From IMG/VR virus record IMGVR_UViG_3300025133_006890, positions 20,035-84,034 of that record: 64,000 bases of DNA. One strand, 5' to 3'. Each line of letters begins with the position of its first letter. The stretch's first letter is position 1. A model generated the notes under the pieces. That model saw nothing but the letters and a program-made list of their open reading frames with translations. It made no database searches and was not told the DNA's origin. The translations under genes and the position numbers were made by a program. The stretch is from a virus. Shown piece by piece: positions 39,095-48,531 of the stretch.

Positions 39095-42000
39095 ATGCCA
39101 GTTTTGAAAAATGTAAAGGCTACCTGGAATGACCCATGGCAAGTTATTGATATCTTTGCCGAAGGTATAATGTCAGTCCAACGCGTTGAGTTTGGAGATC
39201 TTGAACCCGGATCTGACGTTGGAGAATTTAAATCATCTTGGATTTCGGTCAGAGAGGCTCCACCCGCAAGAATTCTAAGCGGTGTTGGCAACTCTGCTCC
39301 TGTCGGCGCTTTTAGAATCAATGTAATTTTTTCAAACGGAGATGCTCCTTTTTCTCTTGATTTTGAATTGGTGATCAAAAATGACAACACAAAGGTTGTT
39401 CAGCCAATACAAACACAGCAGGCGACAGAACCAGAATCTCTCCCAATTCAAGAGACTGTGCTACCAGTCAAAAAATCAGAAGTTAATAAAGAAGAAGTCG
39501 CCGAACAAGTCCTTGAATCTGTTGTCTCATCTTCTACGGAATTGCTGAAAAAAGAGTCTACTAAGATCATCAACACATCAATTACTAAGAACGTTCCTGA
39601 GATAACTAAGAAAACTTTAAAAGGCGCAGCACAAGAACAGAGCGTAATATTAGATGAAACCACTGTTATTTCGAAACTGAAAACAATAGAACCCACAATT
39701 AAATCAACAGTCAGCGCTGAAATGTCTGGCAAGAAAGAAGACATTATATCGGACAGCCTTACTGCGATCTCTCAAGATATACAAACATCAGTAGAAAACT
39801 TTATCGACAAAGCGCTAGAGAAGAATCCAAACGAGACACAAGACAACCTTGTGAAAGAGGCAGTTTCTTTCTTAGCAGAAGACACATTAGAGAAGGCAAA
39901 AGTTAAATTCTCAGGTCTTGTTGAAGCAGAAGTCACCACATCAGCAGAAGATAAATCCAACACATCTGTTGATGAATTAGAAATTAAAACAAAAGAAGAG
40001 AACGTCATCGAGAACGCAGAGAAAGAAATTGCGATTGATGCTGACCTCAAGAAGTTTACGCAGGCAGCTCTGTCAACCGCACAATACAGATGGAATATTT
40101 GCAATAGAGATGTAGATAGCGTTGGCGCATCTGGAGTACAAGAGTGTATTGACACCCAAACTGAGGTATATGTTTCTGGAGTTGGCTATCAAGACCTTTC
40201 TTTCATGGTTGAGTTTCCGAAAGATCTTCCTCACCTAACACAAATGAGGAGGGACAACCTACTTGGAACCGCCCCTTCTATTTCCGAGCTTGCGGAAAAG
40301 GCAGCGAAAGAAGCCGAAGAAGCCGCCAAGGCAGCGAAAGAAGCCGAAGAAGCCGCCAAGGCAGCGAAAGACGCCGCCCAAAAGAAGGCCGCCGAAGAAG
40401 CCGCCGCTAAAGCTAAAGCTGAAGCAGAGAAGAAAGCCCTGATTGCCAAGCAAGCTAAAGAAGCTAAAGAAAAAGAACGTCTAGCAAAGGAAGCCGCAGC
40501 AGCCGCAGCCAAAGCCGCTGCTATAGAAAAAGCTGCCAAGGAAGAATCTGAGCGACTTGCCAAGGAAGCTGCCGACAAAGCCGCCAAAGCAGCCGCAGCC
40601 AAAGCAGCCGCCGACAAACTAGCAGCACAGAAAGCTGCCGCAGCAGCCGCCGCCGCAGCAGCAGCAGCCAAAGCGGCAGCGGAACAAGCTCTAAAGGAAA
40701 AGAAAAGAAAGGAAGAAGAAGAGGCAGCAGCCAAAGCAGCCGCCGAAGCCGCAGCAAAAATAGCTAAAGATAACGCATCAGTAGCAGCTGCCTTCGCTGA
40801 AGAACTGGGAACTATTTCGGATCTTACTCAAGTTGTAAATCTTAAAGATCCGGTTGAGTTCACAGAGGTTAAGAGCGATCTGAAAGAAGTCAAATCTCTT
40901 ATTGGACAAGCCAAAGCAGACATAGAAAAATATGAAGAATCTCTTCCGATTTATGAAGAACAAAAGACTGATTTTATTGCAAGGTTTACTTCCGTAAAAG
41001 CTAGAGCTTCTGCTAACGAGTTGTTGACCATATCTGATGAGCGAAATGAGCTTGTTGGAAACCTATTGAACCATACTATTTCAATTCTCACTGCTCGTGA
41101 AGCATCGCTTGAGGCTTTGAAGAATGTTTATGAACTCAAAGCAAAGATGGGAGAGTCGTGCAAGGTCGAGGGCTGCAAAAAGATAACACTAGCAATAGAC
41201 AACACGATAAGAATCATTTCCTCAGATTATAGAATCATAGAGGCTCAAGAAATTGAGGTTAGCAAGTTAAGTGCTCCAATAGATAAAGACCCAGACATCA
41301 TTGTTAAGGTTCTTTCTAATCCAAAAATACAATACAATAGTACCATTTTGCCGATCGTAAAGACGACTGCACAAAAAATAACAGACTTGGCACGAAAATC
41401 TGTTTCTAAGGTTGAACTGTTTGTTTCATCAATATCGTCCAGAAGAGACTCTATAAACGTCAGGCGCAAGAAACTAACAACAGCAGTTGTCAGGGAGCAG
41501 GTAAAGCTTCTCAAACCACCGCCCCCTCCGCCACCGCCAATTGATAGTGCTGCGAGCAAGGCTTCTAAGAAGCCGGTTGATATCTTGAAGATACCCCCTA
41601 AGAAGTTAAAAACAAACGAACACTTATTGTTTGACCCTGATGTAGTTTTTGCTAATAATATTGACGAAGTAAAAGATGTCTTTAGACTAGCTCTCGGCAA
41701 GGTGTGGAAGAAAAGCTCTGGCTATTCTTTTGGAGGAATTCTAAAGGGCAAATACAAGATGTATAATAGTTGGAAGATTTGGAAAGATAGTAAGTCCAAC
41801 GATAAGAAGCTACCATTTATTTCATATTACGCAAAAGTAATGAGCGCCCATAAAGATTTTCAACACATCCTTCATGCCGCAGATTTCAGAACGATTGGTA
41901 TTTTTGATTTAATTCAGTCGAATTCAACCCTTACAGAAGATATAACAGATCCTTCTGGAGAGACGTTTGTGTGGCAAATTGAGATAAGCAAAGAGATAGA

Positions 42001-44290
42001 AGAATTTATGTCTGAGTCAGATTTGTTGTGGTCTTCGTGGCTTAACCAGCCAATTTTTGAAGTGATGATTGCAATTTTGAGCAACTCGATGAAGGAAGAA
42101 CATGATGATTTTACATTTAGATTAAACTCGTTTGATTCTGGCAAGATTGAAGAGGAAGATTCCAAAAATGTTTTGGAACTGAATCCAGAATACGATAGAT
42201 ATGAGCCAAAGTGTGAAAACATACCAGAAGACAAAAACGAATCATCGTTGAACTTTGTTTACTCCGGTGATGTAACAACAAAAGAGCTTAGTTCTGGCGA
42301 TCAGTCGCCCCCCGAGGGCCTTGGTTGCGACACTGGTACGAAAAACCATCCAGCTCTGAAGCGCTTGTATTTTAGAAGAAAGAATCTAAATGAATTTTCA
42401 AGTAAGGCCGTTGTCGGACTTCGTAAGGAGAAGAAAGAAGTTACTAATCTTTTCGGAAGAAAGATTGAACAAGAATCAATAGTTAGCAGAAAGCCACCGC
42501 TCTCTGTTACACTTAAGACCAACAATGTTGTGGAGATTGCTCCGGATAAGATTGAGAGTCTGACAATCCCCGGCCCATCCGGTAAGGCAGACGAGTTTAC
42601 CAAACTGTATACAAAAGCTTATATGTTGTTTGATTATTATCTGAATACGAATAATAAACCGACGGTGCCTTGGCCTCTGTCCGAACCTATTGATAAGTTG
42701 GGCAAAACTAAGTTTATTAGGTGGGACGGAGAAAAAGAAAGCGAAGAGTTCTTGGACACCTTGAATGCCGACCAATTAATCATAGGTCCGTCAACAACAG
42801 CAACGGGCGAAAACCTGTCAGGCCCCGGCACGGCAATCTTTTCTTTCAAGCACATGAATGGAGAACATCTTTCAGATGAAATATTCGGCCCAGACAGTAC
42901 ATCAACAGGCCAGCACTCCACAAGGATAAACAGTGCGAACGAATATAATACTTTAGGGAAGGTAACAGAGTTTATTCAATATAGAACATTCAACGATCTG
43001 CTGGCCGGCAACCTATCTCAAGTTGAGGTTGTTGGATTTAGAATTGATAAGAGCTTGACCAATAAGTTTGACAAAGAGAAGGGCGATATCATCCAGTCGA
43101 TATTTATTCCACATGACAAAGAGAAGTTTAATGTTGAATACATTGATGGACAAATAAAATATGACAAGAAATATTATTATAACGTTAGCGTGGTCTTGAT
43201 TGTGCATGGAACAAAATATTCATATTTCGGCCCGACAAAGGGTGGCTTTGATTTGTCAGCAACTCCAAAATTGAAAGCACAACAGAAAAAAGGAAAGCTG
43301 GAAGGCTGGTTTAATCAGGTTACTTTTGGTGTGAAAACCAGACCAGTCACCAAACTGTTTAGTGTCCCCTTAATTCGACCAGACAGAGCACCAGAGGTCT
43401 TTGTCCGTGCCCCGGTTACTGTATCTCCTGTTGTTTCCTTGTGGCCATACAGAGCAGTCAGTGATAAGTTCTTGTTTGTGTTCCAACCGGGAACGGGAAG
43501 ATTCGTTAGAGATGTTGTTGTCGAACCTCACACCAAGTATGAAAAGCAGAGAGAGTTTTTGAGGCTAACAAACGAATTCTGGACGACACCAAGAGACAAG
43601 ATGGCATTCGATGATGCAGAGCCGGTTAAAGAGGTTTATTTGTATCGGACTACCAAAAGACCAGAAAGTTATTTAGATATGTTCGCAGCAGAATTTTTAC
43701 AGAAAGTGGACACAACCAACAAAGCCTTCTTTGTTGACAACCCGCTGCCGAATACTAAGTATTATTATATGGCAGTAGCCAGAGGTGTTCACGGGCAAGA
43801 CTCTTTGCCTTCCGCAATCTTTGAGCTTGAGTTGGTTGACCAAGACGGATCTGTTTTTCCTGTTATCAGAGATATCGACATAGCCAAAAAGCAAAAAGAG
43901 AAAACCAGCATTACATTTAATAAGGCATTGGCAATCTCGCCAGCTTTCTTACAGTCCGCTCCAAACAGAATCACTAACGATTTAGGTTATTTGGAGGAGA
44001 GCGTGTTCAGGGAATTTGAGAGAGACATCAATGCCGAGACTGGAGCTAATCCAATAATTTTAGGAAGGTCTTCAACAAGACCAACATACAAATTCAGGGT
44101 TAGATCTAGAAAGACAAATAAAGTTATAGACTTGAATATATCATTCCGAAAGAATTACAAAGTCGACACACTGCCACCAGTTGGAAGTGAAGTATTACTT
44201 GCTTGGAATCCAGCCGCAGGCCCAGGTTCCTCTAGTGATGCTTTGCCTCCCGGTGAAGATGAGCCCCCCTTTGATATAGGCCCTGCATGA
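39095..44290 (+). CDS. Very large putative virion protein with Ala/Lys/Glu-rich helix, poly-Pro linker and FN3-like C-terminal domains
   Basis: 1731 aa; AKE-rich stretch ~40290-40790; P8 at 41516-41539; YID.QIKYDKKYYY.V and FVD...PNTKYYY...G..S.PS FN3-like motifs. Confidence 0.7.
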   Translation: MPVLKNVKATWNDPWQVIDIFAEGIMSVQRVEFGDLEPGSDVGEFKSSWISVREAPPARILSGVGNSAPVGAFRINVIFSNGDAPFSLDFELVIKNDNTKVVQPIQTQQATEPESLPIQETVLPVKKSEVNKEEVAEQVLESVVSSSTELLKKESTKIINTSITKNVPEITKKTLKGAAQEQSVILDETTVISKLKTIEPTIKSTVSAEMSGKKEDIISDSLTAISQDIQTSVENFIDKALEKNPNETQDNLVKEAVSFLAEDTLEKAKVKFSGLVEAEVTTSAEDKSNTSVDELEIKTKEENVIENAEKEIAIDADLKKFTQAALSTAQYRWNICNRDVDSVGASGVQECIDTQTEVYVSGVGYQDLSFMVEFPKDLPHLTQMRRDNLLGTAPSISELAEKAAKEAEEAAKAAKEAEEAAKAAKDAAQKKAAEEAAAKAKAEAEKKALIAKQAKEAKEKERLAKEAAAAAAKAAAIEKAAKEESERLAKEAADKAAKAAAAKAAADKLAAQKAAAAAAAAAAAAKAAAEQALKEKKRKEEEEAAAKAAAEAAAKIAKDNASVAAAFAEELGTISDLTQVVNLKDPVEFTEVKSDLKEVKSLIGQAKADIEKYEESLPIYEEQKTDFIARFTSVKARASANELLTISDERNELVGNLLNHTISILTAREASLEALKNVYELKAKMGESCKVEGCKKITLAIDNTIRIISSDYRIIEAQEIEVSKLSAPIDKDPDIIVKVLSNPKIQYNSTILPIVKTTAQKITDLARKSVSKVELFVSSISSRRDSINVRRKKLTTAVVREQVKLLKPPPPPPPPIDSAASKASKKPVDILKIPPKKLKTNEHLLFDPDVVFANNIDEVKDVFRLALGKVWKKSSGYSFGGILKGKYKMYNSWKIWKDSKSNDKKLPFISYYAKVMSAHKDFQHILHAADFRTIGIFDLIQSNSTLTEDITDPSGETFVWQIEISKEIEEFMSESDLLWSSWLNQPIFEVMIAILSNSMKEEHDDFTFRLNSFDSGKIEEEDSKNVLELNPEYDRYEPKCENIPEDKNESSLNFVYSGDVTTKELSSGDQSPPEGLGCDTGTKNHPALKRLYFRRKNLNEFSSKAVVGLRKEKKEVTNLFGRKIEQESIVSRKPPLSVTLKTNNVVEIAPDKIESLTIPGPSGKADEFTKLYTKAYMLFDYYLNTNNKPTVPWPLSEPIDKLGKTKFIRWDGEKESEEFLDTLNADQLIIGPSTTATGENLSGPGTAIFSFKHMNGEHLSDEIFGPDSTSTGQHSTRINSANEYNTLGKVTEFIQYRTFNDLLAGNLSQVEVVGFRIDKSLTNKFDKEKGDIIQSIFIPHDKEKFNVEYIDGQIKYDKKYYYNVSVVLIVHGTKYSYFGPTKGGFDLSATPKLKAQQKKGKLEGWFNQVTFGVKTRPVTKLFSVPLIRPDRAPEVFVRAPVTVSPVVSLWPYRAVSDKFLFVFQPGTGRFVRDVVVEPHTKYEKQREFLRLTNEFWTTPRDKMAFDDAEPVKEVYLYRTTKRPESYLDMFAAEFLQKVDTTNKAFFVDNPLPNTKYYYMAVARGVHGQDSLPSAIFELELVDQDGSVFPVIRDIDIAKKQKEKTSITFNKALAISPAFLQSAPNRITNDLGYLEESVFREFERDINAETGANPIILGRSSTRPTYKFRVRSRKTNKVIDLNISFRKNYKVDTLPPVGSEVLLAWNPAAGPGSSSDALPPGEDEPPFDIGPA
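40298..40371 (+). repeat. Perfect 30-bp tandem repeat (about 2.5 copies) encoding KAAKEAEEAA
   Basis: aaggcagcgaaagaagccgaagaagccgcc x2 plus aaggcagcgaaaga. Confidence 0.95.
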
Positions 44291-44308
44291 CCTTACAAAT
44301 TAGCAACC

Positions 44309-44353
44309 AACAATTTTTAACTCAACATAGGGTTGAACTTAAGAATTGTTTTT
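44309..44353 (+). terminator. Imperfect AT-rich hairpin ending in a T-run; possible terminator or RNA processing site
   Basis: AACAATT-T-TTAA-C-TCAAC / loop ATAGG / GTTGA-AC-TTAA-G-AATTGTT then TTT, in the ~110-bp gap after the 1731-aa gene. Confidence 0.45.
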
Positions 44354-44362
44354 ACTTATGGT

Positions 44363-44373
44363 ACTAATTATTA
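44363..44373 (+). promoter_or_regulatory. Putative late promoter ACTAATTATTA
   Basis: Identical 11-mer at 48500 and 49150; intergenic, upstream of an SD-like GAGAGGA and ATG 44402. Confidence 0.65.
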
Positions 44374-44401
44374 ATGACAAGCTGTAGAGAGGAAAAATAT
44401 T

Positions 44402-45358
44402 ATGGGGTTTCTTAAGAATAGTGGTGATATCATTTTGGATGCTGTGTTGACAGAATCAGGACGCCGCCGACTAGCTAGGGGAGATGGTAGCTTTAAAATT
44501 ACTGGATTCTCTCTAGGTGACGATGAGATTAATTATTCGTTATTTAACAACAACGCTTCAACTCCATACGCAGATTTGGACATTATGAGAAGTCCGATTC
44601 TTGAGGCAATCTCACATAGTCCGACAGCGATCAAGCACAAACTAATGACAATCGCAAGAAATGATCTGCTTTACCTACCAATACTGAAGATTAACACATT
44701 TTCAGCGCAGAAAGGCCCGGATGCAGGCAACCCCCTCGCAACAGGTGACAATCCCGAGATGTATGTAATTGTTTGCACAGACAGTGTATATAACGCGTAC
44801 TCAACGCTGCCCCAAGGGTTTATCGACGGCAGAGATTCAGATAAAGCTTCAGCCCCATCACAACTAGTTGTGTTAGATCAGGGCATTGATTCAAACGAGC
44901 CTCCGTTCTTGTTCACAGTTGTTGTCCCGGCAGATTTGCACGAAACCCAATTCGTTGTTCAGATTGATGATAGGTTTGGAAAGATTGTTTCACCCGACGG
45001 CGAAGATGCCCAAGAGTCGTTTATCGACAATGATAACATTGCAACATATTTTCTTGTTGACGATGGTGTCTATTTCACTGGGTTCCCAAGCGCTACTTCT
45101 GGCGGCTCTCTCGTCGCAGGTTCGAGAGGCAAGAGATTCAAATTCGGCATTCGAGCTTCAGACCATTTGTCTAACAGCGACTTTCTACATAAGAAGTTTG
45201 GCACAACTGACTCGGACTTCTTCACTCAGACATCAGCAACAACGAATCCCAACGGTGATGCCCAAGCCCGTCTGTTAGATTCAATCGTTAGAGTTCGGGG
45301 AAACAAAACGGGAATGTCACTTGATATTCCAATCAGATTTATTAGAGAGAATAGCTAA
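44402..45358 (+). CDS. Putative virion protein (tail-collar N-half-like)
   Basis: ILDAVLTESGR..LA.G...ITGFSLGDDEINY. Confidence 0.65.
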   Translation: MGFLKNSGDIILDAVLTESGRRRLARGDGSFKITGFSLGDDEINYSLFNNNASTPYADLDIMRSPILEAISHSPTAIKHKLMTIARNDLLYLPILKINTFSAQKGPDAGNPLATGDNPEMYVIVCTDSVYNAYSTLPQGFIDGRDSDKASAPSQLVVLDQGIDSNEPPFLFTVVVPADLHETQFVVQIDDRFGKIVSPDGEDAQESFIDNDNIATYFLVDDGVYFTGFPSATSGGSLVAGSRGKRFKFGIRASDHLSNSDFLHKKFGTTDSDFFTQTSATTNPNGDAQARLLDSIVRVRGNKTGMSLDIPIRFIRENS

Positions 45359-45369
45359 AGGATAATATT

Positions 45370-46503
45370 ATGGCAACAACACTAAAAACACTAACTCCGA
45401 ACGACATTAAAGCCGTACAGACAAGGCTTCATGAGGTTATTCCTATTACAGGAAGTGTGGTATCAGGGACATACACATCGGACGCGAACATCCAGAAATA
45501 CACACACGGAATGTTTCAGTCTGTTTATGATTATCCATATCTAAGCTCTTCTGCGAATCACATCTTTGATTTAACAGTCGGCGTGTGGCCTTCTGGAGAT
45601 TTCGGAGTAAGCGGTTCTCGACCAGTTACCTCTAGTGCTGACGACGACGAGAAGCGCAACATATACTCTCAGATGGCTCAGGTTTTGATGGGACACGATA
45701 AGACTGGTTCTATCCTACCGTTCAACCATGACGGGTTGAATGAGAGCACAAAGCAAATGCATAGCTGTATTATCATGCCTCTGACGCGACTACTCGTTAA
45801 AGATGAGATTGAAAAAGAGACTTTCAAATTAATTCTAGCTACAGCATCAACGTGGGAGTTGTCTTCTTCTCACCCAGCTTCGTCTTCTTTGGTTGGTATT
45901 TTTGAAGAGAAGTTGACGATCAAAGATCTCAATGCAAAGACGAACTATTTTACCAACTCACCGGCTGGCGACTATGCCATTCTATACAAAGAGGGAGACA
46001 CCTCGTTCCTTGGTAAGGTTGGTTTGATTTTCTATCAGGCCGGCGTTGTTGTCCTAGATCCATCAGGTTCTGGACTCATTGCGGACACCGACAATGAAGC
46101 TCCCGTTATTTGGGACAACAGCACGACAGTGTTTTCAGCTTCTCAGCATGAGACTTTTGATTGGGAAGAGGCTGTTCAGTCTTCTTCGATTGATCAGATT
46201 TGTGATGGTGTTAGGCGCCGAATCTACGATATGGAATTTAGGAACACAACTGAGCTTAACTCAACAGTGTATTTCGTTAGAGCAAATCACAATGAGTTCA
46301 ATTATAGTTCTAACCCGACTTACATTACTGGCTCAAAGATTCGCGTTAAAAACGATAACAAGCTTAACGCTCCGACAACTTATATCACAACCATTGGATT
46401 GCATGCACCGGATGGTGAAACGCTAGCGGTTGCCAAATTGTCAGAGCCTTTGAAGAAGAACCCCGATACTGAGTTGACAATTCGTGTAAGACTTGATTAT
46501 TAA
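45370..46503 (+). CDS. Putative virion protein (tail-collar C-half-like)
   Basis: VG.IFY..G; EFNYSSNPTY; TYITTIGL....LAVAKLSEPLKK.....RVRLDY. Confidence 0.65.
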   Translation: MATTLKTLTPNDIKAVQTRLHEVIPITGSVVSGTYTSDANIQKYTHGMFQSVYDYPYLSSSANHIFDLTVGVWPSGDFGVSGSRPVTSSADDDEKRNIYSQMAQVLMGHDKTGSILPFNHDGLNESTKQMHSCIIMPLTRLLVKDEIEKETFKLILATASTWELSSSHPASSSLVGIFEEKLTIKDLNAKTNYFTNSPAGDYAILYKEGDTSFLGKVGLIFYQAGVVVLDPSGSGLIADTDNEAPVIWDNSTTVFSASQHETFDWEEAVQSSSIDQICDGVRRRIYDMEFRNTTELNSTVYFVRANHNEFNYSSNPTYITGSKIRVKNDNKLNAPTTYITTIGLHAPDGETLAVAKLSEPLKKNPDTELTIRVRLDY

Positions 46504-46525
46504 TATATCTTGGGGCAGAGGGTAG

Positions 46526-47974
46526 ATGTATAAATTTGGTCCCAATGACGTATTTCATAATGTAATCAAATCACATCCGAAATATGTAATAAAGCAATAC
46601 TGGAATACGTCCTATATTAACAACAGAGTGTATGACGGACAAAATGTTCCCACCGGATCCATTTCACTATATGAGCTTAATGTTGATCGCAACCCTTTAA
46701 CTGGTAGTGGCCAGCTTATCAAGGGCGCAATTTATAAGGGCGACAACACAGAAGACTTGGCCTTTAAGAGGGTTGCAAAATCTTCAGCTGCTAATGCTGC
46801 GTTCAATCAGGGCGATGAAACTTATCTTAAGTATCCGATAACTGCTTCGATTCAAAGATCTTTGATTAAGGCACAGTTGGATGCTGACCTTGGCAGCGGC
46901 GGCAATTACATCAATGTCTATTCAAGTTCAATCACTGCTGGTATTGATGAGTTTAAACCATTTCTGTCTGGAACAATACAAAAGTTTATTTCTTTGAGAA
47001 ATTCATATGATAGCTACAGACCATTAAGCCCATATTATAATTTTGATAGATACATTATGGCAAGCGGTGGCATTCCACATGCTAGATTTTATGCTCAATC
47101 CCCGGGCCGATCCGCCGCGCCAGTTCCAAATGCACCCGACATTCGTGATTCTAGATATGTAAACAATACTGCCAGCATCATGATGAACGAGTACACAAGT
47201 TTGATTGAGATTCCATCAATCTTCTATGGGTCTGGGATAAAGAAGGGCAGCGTCGACCTGAAGTTTTATTACACAGGCTCTTTGTTGGCTCGCGCCCAAG
47301 ACATCAACAGGAATGGACAACTGATCGAAACTACTGGATCCTCTGCTGGACACACAATCGGCATGGTAATGTATAATGAAGGTGCCATCATTATTACAGC
47401 GAGTTATAACTTAGACAACTCTTATAAGCTAGTGGATGGGTATTTTGCTCCAACCGGCGCCGCCCAAGTAGCAAATGCAAACTGGATTGATAAGCCCAGG
47501 TGGATACACTTCGGGGCATATAAATCAAAGGTTACGGGAACGTCATATTATAAACCAGAGTCAACATCTTCAATTTATGCACCTGCGTCGTCGTCATACC
47601 ATCTGGAATTTAAAGGAACGACTTATACTCCAGTGTTGACAATGTTGACGCATGCTCCTAAAAATGAGCTGAATTGGTCTAACAATCCAACATACGTTGA
47701 GTATAAGGAGGCATTTGTAAGTAAATCATTCTCTGAAATATTTGTGAAAAAGAGTGGTTCCCAACTGTATGTCGAGGATGAAGAGGTTGTGATTAAGAAC
47801 ATCGTCTCTTCATCGTATACTGGATACAAGGAATCATTTGAACCACAAACGTTTATTTCAAAGGTTGCAATTTATGATGATAACAAAAACATGATTGCAA
47901 TAGCGAAGCTTGCAAATCCGATTCTTAAAAAGAATTCGCAAGATTATACGATAAAACTCAAATTAGATTTATAA
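46526..47974 (+). CDS. Putative virion protein, paralog of 45370 in the C-terminal region
   Basis: IG.V.Y.EG; ELNWSNNPTY; TFISKVAIYD....IAIAKLANPI.K.....KLKLDL. Confidence 0.65.
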   Translation: MYKFGPNDVFHNVIKSHPKYVIKQYWNTSYINNRVYDGQNVPTGSISLYELNVDRNPLTGSGQLIKGAIYKGDNTEDLAFKRVAKSSAANAAFNQGDETYLKYPITASIQRSLIKAQLDADLGSGGNYINVYSSSITAGIDEFKPFLSGTIQKFISLRNSYDSYRPLSPYYNFDRYIMASGGIPHARFYAQSPGRSAAPVPNAPDIRDSRYVNNTASIMMNEYTSLIEIPSIFYGSGIKKGSVDLKFYYTGSLLARAQDINRNGQLIETTGSSAGHTIGMVMYNEGAIIITASYNLDNSYKLVDGYFAPTGAAQVANANWIDKPRWIHFGAYKSKVTGTSYYKPESTSSIYAPASSSYHLEFKGTTYTPVLTMLTHAPKNELNWSNNPTYVEYKEAFVSKSFSEIFVKKSGSQLYVEDEEVVIKNIVSSSYTGYKESFEPQTFISKVAIYDDNKNMIAIAKLANPILKKNSQDYTIKLKLDL

Positions 47975-47988
47975 AAACAGAGAGTTAA

Positions 47989-48504
47989 ATGATTTTAGGA
48001 TTAGACGTAAGCACCAATTGCACGGGAATTACCGTGCTCGACGACAAGGGAAAAGTAATTTATTGTGAAGCAATCCGGACGCACAAAGAAAAGAGTTATA
48101 TGAAAAAGATGGACATGCTTGACGATGTATTTGTTAAGTTGTTCCCAAAGGTTCATATCGACCACATTTTTATTGAAGAGCCGGTTCAGCGTTTTGCTGG
48201 CGGTAAATCATCAGCGAACACTATTGCAAAGCTTAATCAGTTTGCCGGAGCAGTTAGGTGGCTAACCTACGACATATATGGAATCGAGCCCGAATTCATT
48301 CCAGTTCGCTCAGCACGAAAGCTTTGCGGCATTAAACCAAAGAGAGGCGAGGACGCGAAGAAGAAGGTGCTTGAGTGGGTTGAGAAGACCGAGAAGACAT
48401 TCAATTATGAGTTGACGCCCAAAGGCAACCCGAAACCCGGGACGTTTGATAGAGCGGATAGTTTAATTGTTGCAAGGGCTGGTTTTTTGAAACTTAAAGA
48501 CTAA
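47989..48504 (+). CDS. RuvC-like Holliday junction resolvase
   Basis: ILGLDVST..TG, IFIEE, D.ADS catalytic acidic residues. Confidence 0.85.
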   Translation: MILGLDVSTNCTGITVLDDKGKVIYCEAIRTHKEKSYMKKMDMLDDVFVKLFPKVHIDHIFIEEPVQRFAGGKSSANTIAKLNQFAGAVRWLTYDIYGIEPEFIPVRSARKLCGIKPKRGEDAKKKVLEWVEKTEKTFNYELTPKGNPKPGTFDRADSLIVARAGFLKLKD

Positions 48505-48510
48505 TTATTA
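48500..48510 (+). promoter_or_regulatory. Putative late promoter ACTAATTATTA overlapping the resolvase stop
   Basis: Recurrent 11-mer; followed by TAGGAG SD and GTG 48532. Confidence 0.65.
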
Positions 48511-48531
48511 TAGCTTTAGGAGAACATTGTT

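Noticed and set aside
40298-40371. 30-bp direct repeats as a possible CRISPR array
   Set aside because: Head-to-tail with no spacers, in frame within a CDS; no cas genes
47989-48504. RuvC-domain gene as TnpB/Cas12-like or transposase
   Set aside because: Only 171 aa with a plain resolvase layout; no zinc finger, terminal repeats or guide-RNA-sized gap
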